A stretch of 64,000 nucleotides of DNA from positions 553,145-617,144 of the forward strand of contig OZ241914.1 of NCBI GenBank assembly GCA_965203875.1, given 5' to 3'. The position numbers and the translations under genes were made by a program. The DNA is from Bdellovibrionales bacterium (GTDB taxonomy: Bacteria > Bdellovibrionota > Bdellovibrionia > Bdellovibrionales > JAUICD01). Under the pieces are notes generated by a model, which was not told where the DNA came from, ran no database searches, and worked only from the letters and a program-made list of their open reading frames with translations. This document shows, piece by piece, positions 51,320 to 61,744 of the stretch. Within the stretch, counting starts at the first letter, position 1. Every line of letters begins with the position of its first letter.

Positions 51320-53233
51320 TTGTCCAGATTGAATGTTATAATGTCTTTGTTTGTACTTGCTTGGGCTGGGCTTTTAGTTAGGCTAGCTACAGTGCAAGTT
51401 TTGCCTAACAAAAAATTATCAGATCTAAGACATAAACAATACGAATCAAGCATCACTCTAAACGCTGTAAGAGGTAACATCTTGGATCGAAACGGTGTAG
51501 AGTTGGCTAGCTCAATATCTGTATATTCATTATTTGCAGACCCACATATAATAAAAAATCCAAAAACTCTAAGCAAAAAAATTTCTAAAAAATTAAACTT
51601 GCCATACAAAGATGTTTTAAAAAAGCTAAGTAATAAAGATTCAAGATTTGTCTGGATAAAAAGAAAGCTAGATGCTTCAGTCAGAGATAAAATAAACTCT
51701 TGGAAAGAGTATGGTATTGGATTCATCGAAGAGTCACAACGAATTTATCCAAAAGGAAGTGTTTTAAGTCAGGTGTTAGGTTTCGTTGGAAATGATGGAA
51801 AGGGACTCGAAGGATTAGAAGGTTACTATGACGATCTATTAGCGGGTAAAAGTTATAAAAAAGTAATACTAAGAGACGCAAAAAGAAGACCACTTCTAGG
51901 AGAAAGAAGTTTCTTTTTTGATAGACCTGAGGGAAAAAGCATACAACTAACAGTCGATCAGCAATTACAGTATAAACTTGCACAAGAACTAGATGGTACT
52001 GTTAGACAATTCAAGGCAGATTCTGCTTTAGGAATTATTTTAGATGTCAATACATCAGAAGTTATAGCTATGGGAAACTACCCTTTTTTTGACGCCAACA
52101 TGGCTTTGAAAACTCCAGCTCGTGCAAGAAGAAATAAGTCGGTCACGGATTCATTTGAACCAGGCAGTACTTTTAAACCGTTCACAATAGCTGCAGCTCT
52201 GGAAGAAAATTTAATATCACCTAATGATGAGTATGATTGCAAGATGGGTAGTATAAAAGTAGATGGTCATACAATATCGGAGGCAGAAGGCAGAGAATTT
52301 GGCAAACTTACTGTGATAGATATCTTGGCCAAATCATCCAACATATGCATAAGTAAAATTGCTCTAAAAATTAAAGATCAAGTTTTTAGAGAATATATAG
52401 ACCTATTTGGTTTTGGGCATAAAACCGATGTAGATTTTTGGGGAGAAAGTTATGGTATTTTACCCAAAACACCTTGGAAAAAAGTTAAATCTAGTACAAT
52501 TGCATTTGGACATGGAATAAGCGTTACTCCTATACAAATAGCTAATGCATACGCTATGCTGGCCAACGGAGGTATACTTAACCAACCTTATATCTTAAGA
52601 CATGTGTTAGATTCAGAAGGTAATACAATTACTGATAATACCAAAAATCGCTCACCTAAAAGAGTTTTAAGCAAAAAGACGGCAAAAAAAATTAAACTAA
52701 TGCTAATGGCTGCTACCAGTAAAGATGGAACAGGGGCTAAAGCCAGAGTAATTGGTTACCACGTTGCTGGTAAAACTGGAACAGCACAAAAAGTATCTCC
52801 AGATGGAAAAGGATATCTAAAGGACGAACATATATCCAGTTTTGCTGGATTTGTACCTGCAAACGATCCTAAGTTTGTTATATACATTGCAGTTGACAAT
52901 CCTAAAATAAAATACTTTGGCTCAGAAGTGGCGGCACCAATTTTTTCTAAACTAGCATACCAAGCTCTTTTACAAGAAGGAATTCAACCTGCTGTAATCA
53001 CTAAAGAGCAAATATATACTACTCCAACCACAACAATATCTAGAAAAATAGCTAGCACTCCAGCAGGCAAGCTGCCAGATTTAGAAGGCCTATCTTTAAA
53101 AGAAGTCATGCATTTGTTAAAAGGTGCTGATATAAAAACTACCGTAGTAGGAGCTGGTACCGTGGTTAGCATGAAACCCAAAGCCAACACGCCACTGTCT
53201 GAAATCCAGAATTTATACTTATTTTTAGAGTAA
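51320..53233 (+). CDS. ftsI: Class B penicillin-binding protein (FtsI/PBP3-like transpeptidase) with a C-terminal PASTA-like domain
   Basis: An N-terminal TM, a dimerisation domain, SxxK (PGSTFKPF), SxN (KSSN) and KTGT (GKTGTA). The C-terminal LPDLEGLSLKEVMHLLKGADIKTTVVGAGTVVSMKP is PASTA-like. Confidence 0.9.
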   Translation: MSRLNVIMSLFVLAWAGLLVRLATVQVLPNKKLSDLRHKQYESSITLNAVRGNILDRNGVELASSISVYSLFADPHIIKNPKTLSKKISKKLNLPYKDVLKKLSNKDSRFVWIKRKLDASVRDKINSWKEYGIGFIEESQRIYPKGSVLSQVLGFVGNDGKGLEGLEGYYDDLLAGKSYKKVILRDAKRRPLLGERSFFFDRPEGKSIQLTVDQQLQYKLAQELDGTVRQFKADSALGIILDVNTSEVIAMGNYPFFDANMALKTPARARRNKSVTDSFEPGSTFKPFTIAAALEENLISPNDEYDCKMGSIKVDGHTISEAEGREFGKLTVIDILAKSSNICISKIALKIKDQVFREYIDLFGFGHKTDVDFWGESYGILPKTPWKKVKSSTIAFGHGISVTPIQIANAYAMLANGGILNQPYILRHVLDSEGNTITDNTKNRSPKRVLSKKTAKKIKLMLMAATSKDGTGAKARVIGYHVAGKTGTAQKVSPDGKGYLKDEHISSFAGFVPANDPKFVIYIAVDNPKIKYFGSEVAAPIFSKLAYQALLQEGIQPAVITKEQIYTTPTTTISRKIASTPAGKLPDLEGLSLKEVMHLLKGADIKTTVVGAGTVVSMKPKANTPLSEIQNLYLFLE

Positions 53234-53318
53234 AAATAAAGAAAATATTTATTAATAAGAAAAGTATGCTAATATCACACGATTTGTGTAAACGTACTAA
53301 TATATAAAGGAGAGTTAT

Positions 53319-54605
53319 ATGACAGCTCTAGTTGTAATAGGTGTCATTGTTTCTGCCGTTGGAGTTATATATCTAATATTTTTTAATAGAGCTGGAGTAA
53401 ACCAGCCACAACTAAAGGAATTTATCGATAAAAATAAGGAGCTAGAAAAAGAGAAAAAAGATTTATATACTCAGTTAAGCAATGTTAGAGAAGAAAAAGC
53501 TAGGCTGGAAAGTGATAATAAAAATCTAAAGAATAACATAGAAGAGCGTGGAAAATTCTTAGATAGTGTGAAATCTGAGTTTGAAAATTTAACTAACACA
53601 ATTTATGACGAAAAAACAAAAAAATTTAAAGAAACTTCCAAAGAACACATGGACAACATCTTAAATCCTCTTAAATCAAAAATTGAAGATTTTAAAAAAG
53701 ATTTTGGGGATAAATTTACGGAAGAACAAAAAGAAATTGTTTCTTTAAAAACCCAAATCAAAAGCTTTGTTGACGAAAGAAAATCTCTGGTAGATACAAC
53801 AACTAAACTTACAGAGGCATTAACATCTGATCCTAAAAAGCAAGGTAACTGGGGAGAACTGAAACTTGAGAGAATTTTAGAATACTCTGGTCTTGAAAAA
53901 GATAGAGAATACACCATGCAGGCTAAAGGTATGGGATTAAAAAGTGATGATGGCACACATCAATTACCTGATGCTGTGGTATTTTTGCCTGATAAGAAAC
54001 ATGTAATAATAGATTCAAAAGTAAATATAAAATCTTACTTCGATGTTATTAATGCTGATAGCGACACGGAAGAAAAACTAAAAGAATTAATGTTATCTGT
54101 CAAAGACCACGTAGATAATCTGCATGAAAAAGAGTACCATCTTAATGAAAAATTATGTTCTCCTGAGTTCACCCTATTATTTTTTCCACAAGAAGGTGCG
54201 TTTGGTCTGGTGATGGATATGAGTGTTCCAAATCAAAACACAACCTTACTAGAGTATGCCTGGGATAAGTCCATAATCATTGTTACACCTTCCAACCTAA
54301 TAGCGACTCTTAGAACCATTGCTTCTTTATGGAGAATGGATAAACAAAATAAAAATGTTCAGGCAATAGTAAAGGAAAGTGGAAATTTATATGATAAATT
54401 TGTTGGATTTTTAGATAGTATGGATAGTGTAAAGAGAAATTTAAAAGAAGCTACAAGTGCCTATGACAAAGCAGAAGATAGGCTTAAAGAAGGCAGAGGA
54501 AATATTATAAACAGGTTGGAGAAGATAAAAAAACTGGGAGCAAAATCTGCAAAACAAATACCAGAAGAATGGACTGATAACACTAAACAAATTTTAGAAG
54601 AATAA
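53319..54605 (+). CDS. rmuC: DNA recombination protein RmuC
   Basis: An N-terminal TM, a long coiled coil, QGNWGELKLERILEYSGLEKDREY… and …VVFLPDKKHVIIDSKV… (RmuC nuclease-like core). Confidence 0.85.
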   Translation: MTALVVIGVIVSAVGVIYLIFFNRAGVNQPQLKEFIDKNKELEKEKKDLYTQLSNVREEKARLESDNKNLKNNIEERGKFLDSVKSEFENLTNTIYDEKTKKFKETSKEHMDNILNPLKSKIEDFKKDFGDKFTEEQKEIVSLKTQIKSFVDERKSLVDTTTKLTEALTSDPKKQGNWGELKLERILEYSGLEKDREYTMQAKGMGLKSDDGTHQLPDAVVFLPDKKHVIIDSKVNIKSYFDVINADSDTEEKLKELMLSVKDHVDNLHEKEYHLNEKLCSPEFTLLFFPQEGAFGLVMDMSVPNQNTTLLEYAWDKSIIIVTPSNLIATLRTIASLWRMDKQNKNVQAIVKESGNLYDKFVGFLDSMDSVKRNLKEATSAYDKAEDRLKEGRGNIINRLEKIKKLGAKSAKQIPEEWTDNTKQILEE

Positions 54606-54616
54606 ATAATACCCAC

Positions 54617-54691
54617 AACTAGGCCAGTAAAATGAAGCTTGTGTCAAAATACTAGACACTTCATGAATCTTTAGGCTAGTTATTTTTTTTT
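54617..54691 (+). terminator. Possible rho-independent terminator after rmuC
   Basis: Nested stems: outer aactag(54617-54622)/ctagtt(54676-54681), inner atgaag…gtgtc / gacacttcat (54632-54664). A run of 9 T follows (54683-54691). Confidence 0.4.
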
Positions 54692-54736
54692 CATTAAAAA
54701 GTTCAAAAAAACTGTCCGAATAAGTAGCTAGAAAGA

Positions 54737-57160
54737 GTGGATACTATGAACGAAGATGAAAAATCTAAAGAGATATTACCTCTATTACCAGTAAGAGATA
54801 TCGTTGTATTTCCATACATGATAGTTCCTTTGTTTGTTGCAAGAGAATCATCTGCAAGAGCTATAAAAGAAGCCCTGTCGACAGATAGACTAATTTTCTT
54901 AACAGCACAAAAAAAATCAACAGACGAACAAGTACCCAGACCAGACTCATTATATATGACAGGTATAGTAGCAACCGTAATGCGTACTAGACAATTAGCA
55001 GATGGCCGTATGAAAGTTTTAATTCAGGGTGTTTCAAAAGCCAAAATCAAAAACTTTGATAATGCTGATGGTTGTATGATGGTAGAAATAGAAAGATGTA
55101 CAGAAACAGAAGTTAATCACATGGAAACCCAACCATTAATAGAAACAATAAAAGATCAAGTGAATCAAATTATTTCTTATGGAAAAGTAATTTCACCTGA
55201 CATACTGAGTGTGCTAGAAGATCTAAAAGCTGAACCAAGTAAGATAGCGGAGATAGTTGCAAGTAATATATCTTTAAAAATTGCTGATGCACAAAAGGTG
55301 CTAGAGTCTGACAGCCCAGTAGAAAAACTAAAAATGGTTTGTAAATATCTAAGCAAAGAAGTTGAAGCTTTGAAAATGCATATAAGAATAAAAAACTCTG
55401 CCAAAGACGAAATTAATAAATCACAAAAAGAATATTTTTTAAGAGAACAGTTAAAAGCAATAAAAAGCGAATTAGGGGAATCAGATTCTAAGAACGAAGA
55501 AATTAATGAATTAAGGCAAAGAGGTGCAAAAGCTGGTATGCCAGATGAGCCAAAAAAAGAATTTACGAAACAACTAAATAGATTAGAAAAAATGCATCCA
55601 GAAGCTAGCGAAGCTTCCATAGTTAGAAATTATCTAGAGTGGATGGTAGAACTTCCTTGGAATAAATTAAGTGAAGATAACCTGGATATAAAACATGCTA
55701 GACAAGTTTTAGATCAAGATCACTATGATATAAATAAAGTGAAAGACAGAATACTAGAATTTCTAGCCGTTAGAAAATTAACAAAAAAAGTTAAAGGGCC
55801 TATATTATGTTTTGTAGGACCACCTGGTGTTGGGAAAACTTCGTTAGGGAACAGCATAGCAAAAGCAATGGGAAGAAAATATCACAGAATTGCTTTAGGT
55901 GGTGTCAAAGATGAAGCTGAAATCAGAGGTCACAGAAGAACTTATGTAGGAGCTATGCCTGGCAAAATAATACAAGCTCTAAAAATAACTCAAACAAAAA
56001 ATCCAGTTCTGGTTTTAGACGAGGTAGATAAACTTGGAAGTGATTATAAAGGTGATCCTAGCTCTGCTCTGTTGGAAGTATTAGATGCGGAACAAAATCA
56101 CACTTTCAGAGATCACTATTTAAACTTGGATTTTGATTTAAGTGATGTACTGTTTTTAGCCACTGCTAATGTTGTAGAAAATATTCCAGCACCTTTGAGA
56201 GACAGAATGGAAATAATCAACTTGAGTGGGTATACCGAACACGAAAAATTTGTAATAGCTAAAAAACATTTAATCAAACATCAACTTGTGTCTAATGGAC
56301 TTACAGAAAAACACATAGAGTTTAAAGATTGTGGTATACGATCTGTTATTTCTAACTACACCAGAGAAGCAGGACTGAGGAATTTGTCTCGTGAGTTAGG
56401 TGGAGTTTGTAGAAAAGTCGCAGCTAAAGTTGTGATGGGTGAGAACAAAGATACATTTGTTGTAACTTCAGATAGAGTTGAAGAGCTCTTAGGCCCTGCT
56501 AAATTTTTAAGAGATGAACTAAATCATGAGCACAGGGTAGGCGTAGCAACTGGATTGGCATGGACATCTGTAGGCGGTGAGATTCTATACATAGAAGCAA
56601 TAGGTATGAAGGGAAAAGGCAAGATCATTTTAACAGGTCAGCTGGGTGATGTGATGAAGGAATCTGCTCAAGCAGCCTTAGGGTATGCAAAGGCTAATGC
56701 AGCAGAACTAGGTATCAAATCAGAATGGTTTGATAACAACGACATACATCTACATATACCTTCAGGTGCAACACCAAAAGACGGCCCGTCAGCCGGTGTG
56801 GCTATTATAACAGCAATAGTATCTCTCATAACTAAAAGGCCGACCAAAAATCGTATATCAATGACTGGGGAAATTACCCTCACTGGTAGAGTTCTGCAAA
56901 TAGGAGGCCTGAAAGACAAAGCACTTGCTGCACTCAGACATGGATATAAAAATATAATAATACCAACACAAAATTCCAAAGACCTAATAGATATTCCTAC
57001 AGAATTTAGAAACAAGCTAAATTTTATGACCGTCAAATCTGTGGGTGAAGTTTTAAAGCTTGCCTTAGAAAAAGATCCAGTGGATAACGAAATAAAGAGC
57101 ATAGTGGAATTGGATTCTACCGACCCTGGGCTATCTTTGGTGTCTAAGTCTAACTCCTAG
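54737..57160 (+). CDS. lon: ATP-dependent Lon protease
   Basis: LON N-domain (LPLLPVRDIVVFPYMIVPLFV), Walker A GPPGVGKTS, Walker B VLVLDEVDK and the protease Ser motif PKDGPSAGVAI. Confidence 0.95.
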   Translation: MDTMNEDEKSKEILPLLPVRDIVVFPYMIVPLFVARESSARAIKEALSTDRLIFLTAQKKSTDEQVPRPDSLYMTGIVATVMRTRQLADGRMKVLIQGVSKAKIKNFDNADGCMMVEIERCTETEVNHMETQPLIETIKDQVNQIISYGKVISPDILSVLEDLKAEPSKIAEIVASNISLKIADAQKVLESDSPVEKLKMVCKYLSKEVEALKMHIRIKNSAKDEINKSQKEYFLREQLKAIKSELGESDSKNEEINELRQRGAKAGMPDEPKKEFTKQLNRLEKMHPEASEASIVRNYLEWMVELPWNKLSEDNLDIKHARQVLDQDHYDINKVKDRILEFLAVRKLTKKVKGPILCFVGPPGVGKTSLGNSIAKAMGRKYHRIALGGVKDEAEIRGHRRTYVGAMPGKIIQALKITQTKNPVLVLDEVDKLGSDYKGDPSSALLEVLDAEQNHTFRDHYLNLDFDLSDVLFLATANVVENIPAPLRDRMEIINLSGYTEHEKFVIAKKHLIKHQLVSNGLTEKHIEFKDCGIRSVISNYTREAGLRNLSRELGGVCRKVAAKVVMGENKDTFVVTSDRVEELLGPAKFLRDELNHEHRVGVATGLAWTSVGGEILYIEAIGMKGKGKIILTGQLGDVMKESAQAALGYAKANAAELGIKSEWFDNNDIHLHIPSGATPKDGPSAGVAIITAIVSLITKRPTKNRISMTGEITLTGRVLQIGGLKDKALAALRHGYKNIIIPTQNSKDLIDIPTEFRNKLNFMTVKSVGEVLKLALEKDPVDNEIKSIVELDSTDPGLSLVSKSNS

Positions 57161-57194
57161 TTTTTTGTCACAGAAAAGTTAAATATATGCCTTT

Positions 57195-58226
57195 TTGGTT
57201 TGGTGTCTGTGTTTGCAGAATCAAATTTTAGGTGTTGATTTGCACTTCGAACTGGGGGGAGAGTGCATGAAGCAGGTGGGATTGCTTGTTGTTTGTGTTG
57301 TTTTTTGCAAAACTGCCATAGCACAAAATATTGTACTCTTGGGTAATACATTTTCTGATAACTCTGCTTTTTCGTATCGCTTTGATGATGAAATACACGA
57401 AAGCTCAGGATTAGCTATTAGCAAAAAAAATCCTGGTATTTTTTGGACACATAATGACTCACAATCAGAGGCAATTATCTATGGCATAGACATTGAGGTA
57501 GGAATTGTAGCCAAGCTAACATTAAAAGATGTAATTAATTATGATTTTGAAGACATTGCACTGGCTTCTTGTTCCAAAGAAAATCTGGAGGAGCAATGTC
57601 TATTTGTTGCAGATATTGGAACAAATGTATTGTCTAGGACATATACAAAAATTCATTTGATTAAAGAACCTGATTTACTACATCTACCAAAGATTCTGAA
57701 AGAAGACTTAGAACCTCTAGCTACGGTAAAGTTAATTTACGAAGATAACAAAATTTACAATGCAGAAAGCTTAGCTATAACAGAAGATTTGGATTTTTTA
57801 ATAATAACCAAAGGCGATGATACAGCTAATGCTATGCTTTTTAGACTACCGTACGAAGTTTGGCATAACAACTATGCTGATGGGCCATTAACTTTGGAAT
57901 ATGAATTTACATTGTTTGACAACATAGATACAAGATTTGGCCAGGTTACCGCAGCCTCCTACCAGGATGGTATTTTGTCGGTTAAAACATATAGTCATGT
58001 TCATTTTTTTAATAAACCTAAGTCAAAAGGTCAGGGTTGGTTACAAAATAGAAAACCTTGTTTTATTCTTCACTTAGCAGTGATTGGTGAAGGATTAGAG
58101 TTTGATCAAAATAGAGTATATATTTCGAGTGAAAATCTATTAGCTCGTCATATTGGGCTTGGAAATTCTAATGTACTAATACAAAGAGGCGGTATCTTTT
58201 CTTTTATATGTCAACCTGTCAGATAG
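57195..58226 (+). CDS. Secreted hypothetical protein
   Basis: The likely start is 57267 (MKQVGLLVVCVVFCKTAIAQ signal). HESSGLAISKKNPGIFWTHNDS is reminiscent of beta-propeller SdiA-regulated/phytase-like families, but I cannot confirm this. Confidence 0.45.
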   Translation: MVWCLCLQNQILGVDLHFELGGECMKQVGLLVVCVVFCKTAIAQNIVLLGNTFSDNSAFSYRFDDEIHESSGLAISKKNPGIFWTHNDSQSEAIIYGIDIEVGIVAKLTLKDVINYDFEDIALASCSKENLEEQCLFVADIGTNVLSRTYTKIHLIKEPDLLHLPKILKEDLEPLATVKLIYEDNKIYNAESLAITEDLDFLIITKGDDTANAMLFRLPYEVWHNNYADGPLTLEYEFTLFDNIDTRFGQVTAASYQDGILSVKTYSHVHFFNKPKSKGQGWLQNRKPCFILHLAVIGEGLEFDQNRVYISSENLLARHIGLGNSNVLIQRGGIFSFICQPVR

Positions 58227-58229
58227 AAA

Positions 58230-59234
58230 TTATTTTATTGCCTCTCTTATGTAAGCAGAGGCGGTATCCATCACCCAAACTGCAATGACTATCAGTATAG
58301 CTAAGGTTCCAACTTCTCTCCATAAAGCTTGCCCCTGATATTGAATCAGCATAGTACCAATACCACCACCACCTACAAGACCAATGATAGTAGCCATTCT
58401 GACATTAATATCCCACCTGTATATGGTAAAAGATATATAAGGTAAAATTATCTGTGGAACTACACCAAACCAAATAACCTGAAGCCTGGAGGCTCCAGTA
58501 GACTGTATTCCTTCAATAGGCCCTTCATTTACACATTCAATAAATTCACTGTATTGTTTAGCAAGTGAAGCTACGGAGTGGATCATTAATGCTAACATAC
58601 CTGCAAACGGCCCTATACCAACCCAGACAGTAAAAACAATTGCCCAAATTAGAGGTTCAATGGATCTTACAATGTTTAATAATGCTCTTAGTAAAAGATA
58701 TATTAAAAAACCAACTGGTGTAGTGGCCATAATATTTTTTGCACATGCAAAACTTAACACAAACGCCATAGGTACAGCTATTGTAGTGGACATAAAGGCT
58801 ATTGCTATTGTTTCAAAAATTGAATTTACTCCCTCCGGCAATACAGATAATTCTGGATTAAATAAGCTTCTTAGAATTTTTATCGCCCCACCTAAGCCAT
58901 CAGGGTCTGTTAACTCGTATACACTAAAATCGGTTACCCTAACACCAAGGATCAAAGTTACTAAAAATAATACAGAAAGTTGAGTGCCGTAGAACGTCTT
59001 ATACCAAGGAATTGATGCAAACCTTGCTTTTTTGTAAGGTGGATCAAATATATACCTACCTAGCGACTTTATTTTAATTTTTGATAATAAAATACTAATT
59101 CCAAATCCAAGAGCTATACATCCTATTGACAGCAGTAAGTTTGTTTTAAAATTATCCCTTGAAACTCCGGATACAAATATACCTACCAAAATTAGGTAGC
59201 CCAAAGTTACTGAATCAAATAGCCTTGCTTTCAA
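58230..59234 (-). CDS. phnE: Phosphonate ABC transporter permease
   Basis: Polytopic permease with an EAA-like loop (…IEGIQSTGASRLQVIWFGVVPQ…). It overlaps phnC by 4 bp. Confidence 0.7.
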   Translation of the reverse strand: MKARLFDSVTLGYLILVGIFVSGVSRDNFKTNLLLSIGCIALGFGISILLSKIKIKSLGRYIFDPPYKKARFASIPWYKTFYGTQLSVLFLVTLILGVRVTDFSVYELTDPDGLGGAIKILRSLFNPELSVLPEGVNSIFETIAIAFMSTTIAVPMAFVLSFACAKNIMATTPVGFLIYLLLRALLNIVRSIEPLIWAIVFTVWVGIGPFAGMLALMIHSVASLAKQYSEFIECVNEGPIEGIQSTGASRLQVIWFGVVPQIILPYISFTIYRWDINVRMATIIGLVGGGGIGTMLIQYQGQALWREVGTLAILIVIAVWVMDTASAYIREAIK

Positions 59235-59998
59235 TTAACATGTACCTCTTTGGAATTTTCACCGTATATTTTTTTAAACCAATTTTGGTCAATTTCATTT
59301 GGTGATCCATTGTAAACAAGCTCACCATCATTTAATGCAATTACTCTAGTTGCATACTTTCTTACCAAGCTTAAAAAATGTAGATTACATATTATAGTTA
59401 TACCTAGCTCTTTGTTTACTTTTTCTAGATAATCCATAATGACATGACAAGTTGCTGGATCGAGGCTAGCAACCGGTTCATCTGCAAGTAACATTTCAGG
59501 GCTTTGCATAAGTGCTCTTGCTATTGCTACTCTTTGCTGCTGACCACCAGATAATTGATCAACTCTTATATGGGCTTTTTCTTTAATACCAACCAACTCT
59601 AAATATTCCAGTGCATCGTCTTTAGTTTTTCCAGGAAAAAGCCCCAATATACTTTTCATGTTGTCAGTTGATGCAAGTCTTCCCATAAGAACATTGCTTA
59701 AGACAGTATGCCTGTCTACCAAGTTGAAATGTTGAAAAATGAAAGCCATCTTTGTTCTGATTCTTCTAATAGATTTGGGATCCAAATAAGTTATATCCTC
59801 ATCTTTAAAAGTTATTTTTCCACCTGTAGGTTCTTGTAGGTGGTTAAGACACTTAAGTAAGGTAGATTTACCAGAACCACTAAGACCTATAACTACAAGA
59901 AATTCCCCCTTAGCTACATCAAAGTTTATATTCTTTAACGCAACAACTCCGTTAGGATATTCTTTTTCTAATCCCTGTACGGATAATATATAAGACAT
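59231..59998 (-). CDS. phnC: Phosphonate ABC transporter ATP-binding protein
   Basis: Walker A GLSGSGKST, signature LSGGQQQRVAIARAL and Walker B MLLADEP. The N-terminus resembles PhnC (LEKEYPNGVVALKNINF). Confidence 0.75.
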   Translation of the reverse strand: MSYILSVQGLEKEYPNGVVALKNINFDVAKGEFLVVIGLSGSGKSTLLKCLNHLQEPTGGKITFKDEDITYLDPKSIRRIRTKMAFIFQHFNLVDRHTVLSNVLMGRLASTDNMKSILGLFPGKTKDDALEYLELVGIKEKAHIRVDQLSGGQQQRVAIARALMQSPEMLLADEPVASLDPATCHVIMDYLEKVNKELGITIICNLHFLSLVRKYATRVIALNDGELVYNGSPNEIDQNWFKKIYGENSKEVHVN

Positions 59999-59999
59999 C

Positions 60000-60965
60000 T
60001 TAGCTTTTTTTCACTAGATCAGAAGCATTTACACTTAGCTGTTTGAGTATGGCTCTTATAGGATCATATTTGGCATCATTACTTTTTACAAAATCATCTG
60101 CACCGTAGAGATCTTTAAACACAGACTTGCCTTCTTCGGTTTTTATATATTTAATTAGTGCTTCTACAATCTTAGCTCTCATCTCATCTGTGATACCTTT
60201 TCTAAAAACAATAGGATCGTTTGGAACAGGATCAGTTAGTGTGACAATTTTAACTTCATCTTTGATATTGGGATACTGGGTGAGCACAAGCCTTCTTGCA
60301 TCGTTTATTGTTTCTCCGACTGGTGGAGAGTAAAACGTTGCACCTGCATCCACCTGTCTCTGATAGACCATGGTTATTACATTGTCGTGCTTTCTAGCAA
60401 ATACTGTTTCTTTTGGCTTGATATTTTTTTCCCTGAACATATTGGCCGGTAATAAATAGCCAGAAGTCGAAGCCGGATCAACATACGCAAACCTTTTATT
60501 CTGAATGTCTTCTATTTTATTGATATCGCTATCGGTTCTAGCAACTATTTGTGCCTTATAATCATGACGGCCATGCCTAGTCAAAGTCATAAGTGCATTA
60601 ACCCCATACTTTTCATGAGCCATTATGTAACCAAAAGTATTGATAACCGCAACATCAACACGTTTGGTTCCAAAAGCCTCCACAACTGCAACATAACTAG
60701 AAGGCACAGCTAATTTATATTTATATGGGGTATTTGATTCTAAAAAAGCTTCTACATTTACAATTCTACTGGCTATAAGCTGGGCATCCACGGAAGGCAA
60801 AAACATAAACTTTATCGGGTTACCTTCAGTACCAATTTCACCTTTTTTTCTAGTGCAAGATGCAGAAGAAAATAGAACAGACAATACAGCAATGAATAAT
60901 ACAAATACACGGGATACAGAAGAAATACAGAGCATACGAAAAGACTCCTTTAATGATTCGCACAA
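60000..60965 (-). CDS. phnD: Phosphate/phosphite/phosphonate ABC transporter substrate-binding protein
   Basis: Lipoprotein-like N-terminus (SSASC) and a PhnD-type layout (…IKFMFLPSVDA…YVDPASTSGYLLP…). It lies first in the phnDCE order. Confidence 0.7.
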   Translation of the reverse strand: MCESLKESFRMLCISSVSRVFVLFIAVLSVLFSSASCTRKKGEIGTEGNPIKFMFLPSVDAQLIASRIVNVEAFLESNTPYKYKLAVPSSYVAVVEAFGTKRVDVAVINTFGYIMAHEKYGVNALMTLTRHGRHDYKAQIVARTDSDINKIEDIQNKRFAYVDPASTSGYLLPANMFREKNIKPKETVFARKHDNVITMVYQRQVDAGATFYSPPVGETINDARRLVLTQYPNIKDEVKIVTLTDPVPNDPIVFRKGITDEMRAKIVEALIKYIKTEEGKSVFKDLYGADDFVKSNDAKYDPIRAILKQLSVNASDLVKKS

Positions 60966-61006
60966 GGCTTAGCACAGCTAATTTGCTATTGCAAAAGAAA
61001 TTTAAT

Positions 61007-61723
61007 TCAATGGCAAAATGACTTTATTCTAGGTGTTTTGTCACATGGCTCTGGTTTTCTGCCTGAATGCACGCTATCAAAAAACACCACTTTGACATGC
61101 GGAGCATCTTTATAGACAAGATGTATATTTTCTGGTTCATTTTCAAAAAACCATATGATATCATGTCTGTTTTCCGTTGATATAACCACATCCCTTTTAA
61201 ATTTTGAGTCGCTCATATCTTTGTGCGGTTTCATTACTAATGTTTCCAAAGAGTTTAAAAGGAAGCCTTCTTTTTTTAATCTGTCCAGGGTGCCGTCTTT
61301 CATTCTAATTTTATCTCTGCCTGTTAGGTACATCACTTCGATGTTGTGGTTTAATAGATCTGTTATAAATTCTAACGCCCCTTTGGTTAATATATCATAA
61401 CCTAAGTAATGGTTACTAAAAAACTTTTGTTTCCAGAATGTGATCAGTTCAGATACACATTGTTTAGATTTTAGCTCTAAAATATCTAGTGTATCTTTAA
61501 TGTGAAACAATACTGGTATGTTTTTCATTTCAGATATTTTCTTTGTGTCTTCAGGGTAGAGTTTTTTATTATTTGGAATTTTAGCAAAGTCTTGCATTAT
61601 TTTAAATGTTCTAGGCGTTACATCAAATAGTGTTGAGTCCAAGTCGAATATTGCCAAACCTCTTTTTATTTTGCTTGCTTGCTCTAGTATTTGCTTTAGC
61701 AAGAGTTGTTGTTTTGTATCCAT
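61007..61723 (-). CDS. HAD-superfamily hydrolase-like protein
   Basis: Motif I IFDLDSTLFD (DxDxT) and motif II-like MYLTGRD. Confidence 0.55.
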   Translation of the reverse strand: MDTKQQLLLKQILEQASKIKRGLAIFDLDSTLFDVTPRTFKIMQDFAKIPNNKKLYPEDTKKISEMKNIPVLFHIKDTLDILELKSKQCVSELITFWKQKFFSNHYLGYDILTKGALEFITDLLNHNIEVMYLTGRDKIRMKDGTLDRLKKEGFLLNSLETLVMKPHKDMSDSKFKRDVVISTENRHDIIWFFENEPENIHLVYKDAPHVKVVFFDSVHSGRKPEPCDKTPRIKSFCH

Positions 61724-61744
61724 AAAAAATTAAACTCTGAAGAT

